Positions 19,446-26,907 of a stretch of 64,000 nucleotides of DNA are shown piece after piece. The stretch is taken from the NCBI GenBank assembly GCA_016235085.1, contig JACRMA010000016.1, forward strand, positions 10,425 to 74,424, written 5' to 3'. Made by a program: the position numbers and the translations under genes. Position 1 is the stretch's first letter. Each line of letters opens with the position of its first letter. A model generated the notes under the pieces. The model was not told the DNA's origin, did not search any database, and saw nothing but the letters and a program-made list of their open reading frames with translations. The DNA comes from Candidatus Zixiibacteriota bacterium (GTDB lineage Bacteria; Zixibacteria; MSB-5A5; WJJR01).

Positions 19446-19517
19446 GATGTCACCCCCGCGAAAGCGGGGGGCCAGTGCTCGTCGACTCTGGATTCCCGCT
19501 TTCGCGGGAACGACGGG
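19446..19517. repeat. Dual GNRA-hairpin palindromic repeat element (copy 1), between Rrf2 regulator and sufC
   Basis: GATGTCACCCCCGCGAAAGCGGGGGG, a spacer, then ATTCCCGCTTTCGCGGGAACGACGGG. The CCCGC-GAAA-GCGGG hairpin and its reverse complement are about 40 nt apart. A second copy lies at 26620-26697. Confidence 0.8.
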
Positions 19518-19561
19518 TCAGTCGTGCCTCCAAATCATATTCATACGTAATCCCAAGTTCT

Positions 19562-20080
19562 TCATCCATTAATCACCGGCAAGCTGTGTGGCCTCGGCGC
19601 CGGTTGTCCGAGCAACTGGTCGATTGTCGCTTCCAAATGCTTGCGCAATGAAAACGACACCTTGCCTTCGTCGCCGATCAAGTCCGACAGCCGGATCCGG
19701 TGCAACACACCGCCGACCAGGCCATCGAGAACACCCCAAAGCGACCGCACCGAGCAGGCGCCCGAATTTACACAGATGGTCACATCGCCCGAGTGTTTTC
19801 CGCAAAATTCCGGATCGTACATCCGACCCGCGAGCGATTCCATAATCCGGCCAAGCGTGATCGCCGTCGCCGGCTCGCTGAGGGCATAGCCGCCCAGCCG
19901 TCCGCGCACACTTTGCACGAGTCCGCCCTCGCGCAGAATCATCATCAGCTTGCGGACATTGGCCACGGAGAGCCCTTCCTGCTCGGCGATTTCATGGATG
20001 GTCAGCGATTCTCCCTCGCTGACCCGCCCCAGGCGGAGCATGCAACGTAGACCGTATTCTTCGAGTGCGCTGACTTTCAT
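19562..20080 (-). CDS. Rrf2 family transcriptional regulator (IscR/SufR-like), first gene of the suf operon
   Basis: Rrf2 HTH MKVSALEEYGLRCMLRL ... LTIHEIAEQEGLSVANVRKLMMILREGGLV and a Cys cluster (CGKHSGDVTICVNSGACS) suited to Fe-S ligation. Start placed at the ATG at 20080. Confidence 0.85.
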   Translation of the reverse strand: MKVSALEEYGLRCMLRLGRVSEGESLTIHEIAEQEGLSVANVRKLMMILREGGLVQSVRGRLGGYALSEPATAITLGRIMESLAGRMYDPEFCGKHSGDVTICVNSGACSVRSLWGVLDGLVGGVLHRIRLSDLIGDEGKVSFSLRKHLEATIDQLLGQPAPRPHSLPVING

Positions 20081-20114
20081 CGTCTGTTCACCTTGCCACG
20101 ATTGATCCTCGCGG

Positions 20115-20175
20115 CAGAATGTATACGAAAAAGTATAGTATTTGCGAACAGAAATCGGGAAAGGAGTGTCAAATG
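20115..20175 (-). promoter_or_regulatory. Candidate suf operon promoter with overlapping AT-rich inverted repeat (putative Rrf2 operator)
   Basis: An AT-rich island in GC-rich DNA. On the minus strand it reads TTCGCA-N17-TATACA, about 40 nt upstream of the Rrf2 ATG. The inverted repeat TATAC-N7-GTATA overlaps the -10 element. Confidence 0.4.
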
Positions 20176-20451
20176 CCCACAAGTAATTTATTGACAGGAC
20201 GTTACGCGAACGCGTCAAGGCCGCTAAGATAGCGTACGACCTCGACGAAACAGTCGTGAATCCTCCAAAACACAGAGGCCGCCCGCAAGGACGGCCTCGC
20301 ACCCTTCGCCGAAGCGAGAGGGGTAATAGTCTATAAGAGTCCCAGGGTCACGGGACGCCTGGGGCCGGCAGAACACGCGGTTCTGCCGGAGCGCTTGTCC
20401 TGACTGTCAAGCCAACTTGATCGACCTTTCGGGCTGAGCAAAGCAAAATGA

Positions 20452-23400
20452 TCACTTCAACAGCACCATCTTCCGCGTCTGCTGCGCACCACCGACGGTC
20501 ACGCGATACAGATACAATCCGCTCGGGACCGATGCGCCGGATTGATCCACGCCGTCCCAAGTGAAGGTGTGCCGGCCCGGCAGCACGCTTTCCTCATTCC
20601 GGACAAAGACACGCTGCCCGAGAATATTGAAGACCTCCAACGCCGCCGGTCCAATCGACCGGGCATCGTAGGAGATGACTGTCGAGGCATTGAAGGGGTT
20701 GGGGTAGTTCTGGTGGAGGGAGAAGGCCAACGGTATTCCACTGCCGCCATCGCCGTCCGAGACATCAACCGGTGTGTCGCGGCCGGTGAAGCGCCAGTTG
20801 GGGGCGTCCGCGAACGACATCAGTTTGTGATCGTTTGCCATCCCGTGAATTGACGTCGAGTCGAGACTGACACGCCAGATGTCCCCAGCGTAATGGTATA
20901 CCAGCCTGCGGTCATCGGGGGCGAATGAGGGCCGACCCCAACTCGTGCCAGTCAGGGTAAGCACATCCAGCCTGTTCCTCTCCAAGTCCGCGCCCACCAC
21001 CGTCATCGACCCGGGGATCAGCGCAGCATCAAATGCGATAATGTTCGATCTAGTCTTCGCAACTGTTGGATTCCCGATCGTCACGCCTGTGGGAATGGCA
21101 GGGATGGCCCTCTGAATGACACCGGCCTTCGCATCCAGTGTGAGGATATCCCAGTACCAAATCGTGTCGTACTGTCTGGGCAGTCGATTCCAGCAGTCGT
21201 AGAAGATTTTCCGCCCCGTGATGTCCCATTCAAGAACATCCGCTTCGAAAACATCATGGGCTACGACCGAATCCGTGTATGTAGGCGTATAGAGCGCCCA
21301 AATTCGATCGCTGGCGCGCGTGGTATCGATGAGATCATAGATGTAAATCGTCGGGTCGAGAGATAGATCATACGCGAGCTGACGTCCATCTGGGGAGACA
21401 GAGATGTTGTTGAATATGATTCCTGGCGTCGAAATCTGGGCCTCCCCGATTCCTGTTGCCCCAACCGCACGGACCGCTTGGGTGGCATCAATGAAGAAGA
21501 CCACTTGAGCGGAGTCAGAAATAGATGGCTTCCTGGTCGCGATTCCGCTCGAAATCAAGTACTGGAAGTTTCCCGCAGTATCGAACCGGGCGACCCTCCC
21601 AGTGACATTATCAATCGCTGCGATCCACTGGGCACTGGTTGGAATAGGTTCGGTTCCGGGTGGTGGAGTGGGGGGGCCATCGAAGATTTCAACGGCATCG
21701 TACGCGGACACGATGGCATTGGTAATGGCAGTGTTACCAGGATAGAGTTCCGACGCGGATTGGAGCACACCTCGTCTGAGATCGATGAAGTGAGCACTAC
21801 TGGCCAGTTTCCCTGTCGTCAAGGCTCGGTAGTAGATTGTGTCGGCTTTCCCCCGACCGATCGCAGACGCAACCAAGTAGAACGCCCGATTGGTGACCCC
21901 GCTATTCTGATGCACACCGCCATGGTCGCCAGTCCCGTGGTAGTAGAGTGGGTCTGACATAGTCACTGGCTGTTTGCTACAAATGCAACAAATCCCGACC
22001 TTACTACTTGCCGGATCTGCCATGTCGCGAAGGGCATCACCTGGCACGCTCGGTGTGATGACATCTTCCCCAATCAACCAATTCCCGGATGATCCTTTGG
22101 CGTAGAACTCGACCATGGCACCGAAGATGTCTGCATAAGATTCGTTCATCGCTCCGGATTGGTCCTCATACACCAAGCCGGCGGTTGCACCGATAACCCC
22201 GTGCGCCATCTCGTGTCCAGTTACATCGAGCGCAGCCGCGAGATTGGAAGTGCAAATGCCGTTTCCGATGCCAAAGAACATGCATTGCGTCCCATTTGCG
22301 AAGAACGCATTGTTACCGGCGTACTTTGGCAATGAATCATTGACCACTGCGAGGATTGTTGATCCCGCACCGTCGATTCCGTTTCTCCCGTGAATTTGGA
22401 GAAAATAGTCGTAGACAATCCCCAAGTTCCATGAGGCGGAAACTGCTGAGGGGTTTCCCCAAGAAAGTTGGTTAGGGGTTCGCACGTAGAATAGCCCTGT
22501 GCTCGTATAGTTCCTGTCCAGGATCGTGATTGCTCCCTTGGGATTGTCGGGGAACGATGACGCACCAGCGTTGAACATCGATTTGGTCGTGTTGATCATG
22601 TAATACCACGACCCGACCTGATACGCATTCACTGTCCGTGTCAGCCCAAACAGGTCCACGCCCGACCCCACTACTGGTCCGTCGGAATACACGAACGACA
22701 CCTGATGCAAACACCCGCCGGTGACCGCGTCGATGAAGACGTCGTAGCCTTCGGTTGAGCCGAGCGACGTGCGCACCATCCAGGCCCAGTGGGGAGTCTG
22801 GTCGGAGTCGATGTAGACGACGAGCGTTGTGTTGCTGGTCTCGATTGGGGAGCGGTCCGCGAAGTGTGACTTGACCGCAACGACGGCTGCGGATGCGTCA
22901 ATCGCCGGGTTGATTCCGTCAAGCTGAATAGGCGTTGGGGCCCAGCGGCCGTTGATCAGGTTCATTCGTGAGTCGGATGTGAAATGGCAGTACAGGTCGC
23001 GCGCCCAGACATCGTGGCCGCGATAGGTTTGCTGGAAACGCACATGGGTCAGTCCCAACTGATCCGTTTGCTGGCTGACCGGTCGTAGCTCCGTCGCCGC
23101 ATTTCGCAATCCGAGGAATTCGGGAAGCTGGGAGAATGTCCCTGCAGCGACGCTTGTACGCAGGTCGTGACCGAGTTTGCCCAGCGGGGCCGAGGTCGGC
23201 AGCGTCAGGTCGTTACCCTTGATGAAGAATGGAGTGCGCGTGTCGGGGTCCCACCAAATCTCGACGTCCTTTGCGTTCTGGCCGCGCCATTCAGCCAATG
23301 CATCAAGCGCCTCCGGGGGGATTGGTGCGGTCTTTGTGCCGACGACGTGGATCTTGTCCAAACCGGACATCGCTGTCACGATGCGCCGTTTGATGGTTGC

Positions 23401-23556
23401 CTGCTGTTCCGCGGTGAGCGACGGGCCCGGCGGCCGCTTCGCCAACTGCGCGCCCAGCACCCCGGGCGGGGTGTTGATCTTATGCATTGCATGAATTGGC
23501 TGATTCAGGACAAATGAAGATACTCCCACAAGGACAACCACCCACACGCGCCGCAT
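20452..23556 (-). CDS. Secreted M4 (thermolysin-like) zinc metalloprotease with beta-propeller region and T9SS type-A C-terminal sorting domain
   Basis: Signal peptide, zincin motif VTGHEMAHGV and the third zinc ligand/M4 motif GAMNESYADIFG. The C-terminus LHQNYPNPFNASTVISY ... GLYLYRVTVGGAQQTRKMVLLK matches the Por secretion tail. Confidence 0.88.
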   Translation of the reverse strand: MRRVWVVVLVGVSSFVLNQPIHAMHKINTPPGVLGAQLAKRPPGPSLTAEQQATIKRRIVTAMSGLDKIHVVGTKTAPIPPEALDALAEWRGQNAKDVEIWWDPDTRTPFFIKGNDLTLPTSAPLGKLGHDLRTSVAAGTFSQLPEFLGLRNAATELRPVSQQTDQLGLTHVRFQQTYRGHDVWARDLYCHFTSDSRMNLINGRWAPTPIQLDGINPAIDASAAVVAVKSHFADRSPIETSNTTLVVYIDSDQTPHWAWMVRTSLGSTEGYDVFIDAVTGGCLHQVSFVYSDGPVVGSGVDLFGLTRTVNAYQVGSWYYMINTTKSMFNAGASSFPDNPKGAITILDRNYTSTGLFYVRTPNQLSWGNPSAVSASWNLGIVYDYFLQIHGRNGIDGAGSTILAVVNDSLPKYAGNNAFFANGTQCMFFGIGNGICTSNLAAALDVTGHEMAHGVIGATAGLVYEDQSGAMNESYADIFGAMVEFYAKGSSGNWLIGEDVITPSVPGDALRDMADPASSKVGICCICSKQPVTMSDPLYYHGTGDHGGVHQNSGVTNRAFYLVASAIGRGKADTIYYRALTTGKLASSAHFIDLRRGVLQSASELYPGNTAITNAIVSAYDAVEIFDGPPTPPPGTEPIPTSAQWIAAIDNVTGRVARFDTAGNFQYLISSGIATRKPSISDSAQVVFFIDATQAVRAVGATGIGEAQISTPGIIFNNISVSPDGRQLAYDLSLDPTIYIYDLIDTTRASDRIWALYTPTYTDSVVAHDVFEADVLEWDITGRKIFYDCWNRLPRQYDTIWYWDILTLDAKAGVIQRAIPAIPTGVTIGNPTVAKTRSNIIAFDAALIPGSMTVVGADLERNRLDVLTLTGTSWGRPSFAPDDRRLVYHYAGDIWRVSLDSTSIHGMANDHKLMSFADAPNWRFTGRDTPVDVSDGDGGSGIPLAFSLHQNYPNPFNASTVISYDARSIGPAALEVFNILGQRVFVRNEESVLPGRHTFTWDGVDQSGASVPSGLYLYRVTVGGAQQTRKMVLLK

Positions 23557-23670
23557 GCGCCACCTCCTAATTGTCTACTGCCCCCAACAGTTACGGCCGG
23601 TACTGCAACGGCAAGATAGTACGTTGACAACGCAGGGCAATCATTTTCTCGTGATTTCGTAAATCGAATT

Positions 23671-23816
23671 GGTGGCCCACCAGGAGTCCTGTCCGCGATA
23701 GCGGACAGGACGGATGGTGGGGTTCTTCGCGGGGGGGGGCGGTCTTTGGGGAGGCCCTGCCGCGCCCCACCATCCGCGCATTCGCCTGCGGCGAATGCGC
23801 TCCTGGTGGGCCACCG
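23671..23816. other. 145-nt multi-hairpin structured element closed by a 16-bp long-range stem; contains G9 homopolymer
   Basis: GGTGGCCCACCAGGAG (23671-23686) pairs with CTCCTGGTGGGCCACC (23801-23816). Internal hairpins: CCTGTCCGC-GATA-GCGGACAGG, GATGGTGGGG ... CCCCACCATC enclosing GCGGGGGGGGGCGG, and GCGCATTCGCC-TGC-GGCGAATGCGC. It sits about 95 nt upstream of the PP2C gene. Confidence 0.6.
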
Positions 23817-23912
23817 GTGCGAGTGCATCACTTCCTGAAAGAACGCGGAAACTCCCGCTTCTGCCGTCCGTAGTATGATCGAGTGTAACGTTGTTCAAGA
23901 TTGGAGTCTCAT

Positions 23913-24926
23913 ATGACATTAGCTGAACTCGAACAGTTTCGCGATATCCTTACCGAACGGCGGGAGGGATTGCGCGAATGGCTGATGATCAACGAATCGG
24001 AGTACGCCGGCGGGGCGGAGAAAGTGCGGACGCTGCTCAACGAGATTAAGGACGCGCTTCAGCATGTCGAGGCGGGAGATTTCGGATTGTGCACGGTCTG
24101 CAAGGGAGAAATCGAACTGCAGCGTCTGGAGACGCAGCCGGTCGCGACGGTTTGTCTCGAATGTATCACCGAGGCGGAGCGGAATCTGTTGGCCGAGGAA
24201 CTGACGTTGGCGGGCAAGATCCATCGCGCGCTTCTGCCGCAGCGGGTCGAGAAGATCGACGGATTCGAGATGGCCGTGCACTCAGTTGCAGCGGGTGTAG
24301 TCGGTGGCGACTATTACGATTTCCTTCCGGCCACGGGTGGGGGATTGACGCGCGTGATCATCGCCGATGCGATGGGGAAGGGAATCCCGGCGGGGATGGT
24401 CATGTCGAATTTGCAGGGAGCGTTGCGTGTGATCGCTGAGGAGACCGATTCACCGGCGCGGTTGATCTCGCGCGTGAACCATTGGCTCTGCCGCAATCTG
24501 CCGGTCCCGAAATTCATCTCGCTTGCGTGCGTGGGCCTGGGATCGACTGCGGGGAAGGAAACCAAAATCGTGCATGCCAATGCCGGACATTGTGCGCCGG
24601 TTCTCGTACGCGGCGACGGCTCGATGGAATCGTTCGATGCCACCGGGACCGTGATCGGCGTCCACGAGGATTTCGCCTATGAGGAATGTTCCACGGCGAT
24701 GCACCCAGGGGACATTCTATTCTTCTATACCGACGGTGTGACCGAAGCGGAAAATCCGAAAGGGGAGATGTTCGAGACGGAACGGCTTACCGATCTGGTC
24801 CGCACCATGCGCAGACGGCCGATGGCGGAACTCGTCGGTGGTGTGCTCGGTGAACTGCAGTCGTTCACCGGCCGCTTGGAATTCGACGACGATCTGACGG
24901 TGATTGCATTGCGCAAAACGGGGTGA
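23913..24926 (+). CDS. DksA/TraR-type C4 zinc finger fused to PP2C/SpoIIE-family serine phosphatase
   Basis: N-terminal coiled-coil plus CTVCKGEIELQRLETQPVATVCLEC (CxxC-X17-CxxC) followed by the PP2C core (GDYYDF, IADAMGKGIPAGMVMS, FFYTDGVTEAENPKGEMF). GGAG RBS 6 nt before the ATG at 23913. Confidence 0.8.
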   Translation: MTLAELEQFRDILTERREGLREWLMINESEYAGGAEKVRTLLNEIKDALQHVEAGDFGLCTVCKGEIELQRLETQPVATVCLECITEAERNLLAEELTLAGKIHRALLPQRVEKIDGFEMAVHSVAAGVVGGDYYDFLPATGGGLTRVIIADAMGKGIPAGMVMSNLQGALRVIAEETDSPARLISRVNHWLCRNLPVPKFISLACVGLGSTAGKETKIVHANAGHCAPVLVRGDGSMESFDATGTVIGVHEDFAYEECSTAMHPGDILFFYTDGVTEAENPKGEMFETERLTDLVRTMRRRPMAELVGGVLGELQSFTGRLEFDDDLTVIALRKTG

Positions 24927-25109
24927 TTGACTCCATTCGAATCGGTTTCGTTGTAGCGTAGCCCCTTGTGGGCGTTGGATGATTTCGCTACCACGATCCA
25001 ATTGCGCGATAGGTTGCTCCGGGGACCACGGCGAACGGGCACAAGGCCCTAAGCTACAAGACCCATTTCGGCTCTGTCCGATCCGTCTTTACCCGCCGCT
25101 GCGCCCCGC

Positions 25110-25961
25110 TTACATGAAGTACTTCTTCTGCGCATGCACGGCATCGCCGAATGTCCGCATGAATTGCATATCGTCGTCGGAGAGCGGACCAGCTTCGATC
25201 GCTGCGAGGTTCTCGCGAAGTTGCTTGATATTCGATGGCGCCGTCAGACAGACGTCGACATTCGGATTGGACAATACGAATCGGTAGCACATCGCCGCCG
25301 TCGGGATTCGTTCGTTCTTGGGCCAATTTCGCGGACGGCGGAGTAGATACGACCACCGCGTCGCCGTGTAACTGATCACGCCGGGATTGTATGGTCGTAG
25401 ATGGGGGAAGATCTCCTCCTCGGCGCCGCGATGGGCGGCGTTGTAGCGCATCATCATCGTGTCGAGAACTCCCTCCGTGGCAAGCTCCGCGTGAAATTTC
25501 CGGTCATGGCCGGAAATGCCGATGCAGCGCACTTTCCCCTCTTCACGAAACCGCACGAGTTCTGATTCGACCTCGTCGGTCAGATGCTTCGGTTTCGTCA
25601 CACCGAGGAACAGAAAGACGTCGATGTGATCGGTGCCGAGTTTGCGCAACCGTTTCTCAAGAGTCCGGCGCAGATTGGTGTGGCCCCAGATCAGATTATA
25701 GGCACCGGTGGCTACGACGATATTCTTCCGGCCGGCTTTCAGGACGTCACGTACGACGCTCACCGCCTGCGTATCGAATCCATAGCAGAAGACGAAGTTT
25801 ACTCCCCGGTCGATTGCCTCGTGAATGGCCGCCTTGCCGGGGCGATAGGTTGCCGCCAAACCCATGCGGTGGACTGGGATACCGGAATCCCCCAGGTTGG
25901 CTGTGCTGAAGTCCCTTGTCATCGGATTGTAACCGTCGTCTCGGGTTAACGTCTTTTCCAT
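25110..25961 (-). CDS. Aldo/keto reductase family oxidoreductase
   Basis: AKR fold motifs (GVNFVFCYGFD, IDVFLFLGVTKP, CIGISGHD). Start taken at MEKTLTRDDGY (ATG 25961). Confidence 0.8.
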   Translation of the reverse strand: MEKTLTRDDGYNPMTRDFSTANLGDSGIPVHRMGLAATYRPGKAAIHEAIDRGVNFVFCYGFDTQAVSVVRDVLKAGRKNIVVATGAYNLIWGHTNLRRTLEKRLRKLGTDHIDVFLFLGVTKPKHLTDEVESELVRFREEGKVRCIGISGHDRKFHAELATEGVLDTMMMRYNAAHRGAEEEIFPHLRPYNPGVISYTATRWSYLLRRPRNWPKNERIPTAAMCYRFVLSNPNVDVCLTAPSNIKQLRENLAAIEAGPLSDDDMQFMRTFGDAVHAQKKYFM

Positions 25962-26022
25962 AAGCAACTCACTCCGTGCCGTGCAGACAACCTGATTATT
26001 CAGGCATCCGGCATGTTTTATC

Positions 26023-26038
26023 TTGACAATTATTGTCA
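26023..26038. promoter_or_regulatory. Perfect 15-nt palindrome TGACAATTATTGTCA overlapping a TTGACA -35-like hexamer in the divergent AKR / YHS-protein intergenic region
   Basis: Exact dyad symmetry TGACAAT-T-ATTGTCA at 26024-26038, inside an AT-rich divergent promoter region. Confidence 0.45.
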
Positions 26039-26143
26039 TTTTTGGAACTTCGTGTTCGAATGCAGGGTGAAATAGCCCTGTTAAGATTGATCCCCGAGGA
26101 GTGGGGACCGTGTACTCTAATCACTCAACGGAGGTAGGAACAC

Positions 26144-26521
26144 GTGTTGAAACGCACTCTGGTCATCGGTACAGCCCTCGCAGTGCTGATCGCGATGGGC
26201 CCGCTGTCCGCGTTTGCCCAAGGGACTGCCAAGACGGCTGACAAGGCATCGGCGGCCCCCAAGGCTTCCGCGACAGCCAAGACGCATGCTATGGGCAGCC
26301 CAGTCGCCAATGAGATCGCGGTTTGCGGTTGTGGAAAGATCTTCGTTCCCGACGCCAGCACCCAGTATCTCGAGTACAGCGGCAAGCGGTACGCCTGTTG
26401 CACCGAGGGCTGTCACAAGATGGCAGCAGCCAATCCGGAAGCGGCGGCCAAGATGTCTGACGAGAATCTTGCCAAGGCCATGGCGACATTGAATCCGCCG
26501 GCAGCCAAGCCGTCCAACTAA
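26144..26521 (+). CDS. Secreted YHS/TRASH-like metal-binding domain protein
   Basis: GTG start with GGAGG RBS. Signal peptide, Ala/Lys-rich linker, then VCGCGKIFVPDASTQYLEYSGKRYACCTEGCHKM, which matches the YHS pattern CG-x-x-(V/I) ... Y-x-G-K-x-Y-x-C-C-x-x-C. Confidence 0.7.
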   Translation: MLKRTLVIGTALAVLIAMGPLSAFAQGTAKTADKASAAPKASATAKTHAMGSPVANEIAVCGCGKIFVPDASTQYLEYSGKRYACCTEGCHKMAAANPEAAAKMSDENLAKAMATLNPPAAKPSN

Positions 26522-26559
26522 ACTCTCGGCTCGTTCGGATCGCGAACCATCGGCGAAGA

Positions 26560-26586
26560 GCCCCGCGAATGCGGGGCTTTTTGTTT
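26560..26586 (+). terminator. Intrinsic terminator of the YHS-protein gene
   Basis: GCCCCGC-GAAT-GCGGGGC followed by TTTTTGTTT. Confidence 0.8.
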
Positions 26587-26619
26587 ACGGGCCGCGCCAG
26601 TCGCGTCGCGAGTTCCCCT

Positions 26620-26697
26620 GATGTCTTTCCCGCGAAAGCGGGAGGCCAACGTGTGAGGGCGCGACTGGTTTCCCGCTTTCGCGGGAATGACGAAGGG
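26620..26697. repeat. Dual GNRA-hairpin palindromic repeat element (copy 2)
   Basis: GATGTCTTTCCCGCGAAAGCGGGAGG, a spacer, then TTTCCCGCTTTCGCGGGAATGACGAAGGGGG. It is about 80% identical to the copy at 19446-19517. Confidence 0.8.
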
Positions 26698-26873
26698 GGC
26701 GGGAATGACGAAGGGGGCGGGAATGACGAAGGGGGTGGGGAGACGTAGCGACGGGAGTGACGAAGGAGCGGGGCGGCCGTAACGACGGGAATGGCGTCGG
26801 GACGGAAATGACGAAGGAGCGGGACTGCCGTAGCGACGGGAATGGCGTCGGGACGGAAATGACAAAGGGATAG
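26683..26873. repeat. Tandem direct repeats seeded from the 3' end of the GNRA-hairpin element
   Basis: The 18-nt unit GGGAATGACGAAGGGGGC occurs three times. It is followed by about 2.5 copies of a roughly 50-nt unit (CGTAGCGACGGGAATGGCGTCGGGACGGAAATGACGAAGGAGCGGGACTGC). The repetitive minus-strand ORF 26518-26865 is an artefact of this array. Confidence 0.85.
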
Positions 26874-26907
26874 TCTCTACTGAGGGCGAATGCTCGCCTC
26901 TGCGCTC

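Noticed and set aside
26518-26865. 115-aa minus-strand ORF with reiterated SRRHSRRYG peptide
   Set aside because: It is a translation artefact of the tandem DNA repeat array and has no start or RBS context.
26683-26873. Possible CRISPR array
   Set aside because: The repeats are directly abutting with no unique spacers and have variable unit length (18 nt and about 50 nt). No cas genes are nearby. This is a tandem repeat expansion, not CRISPR.
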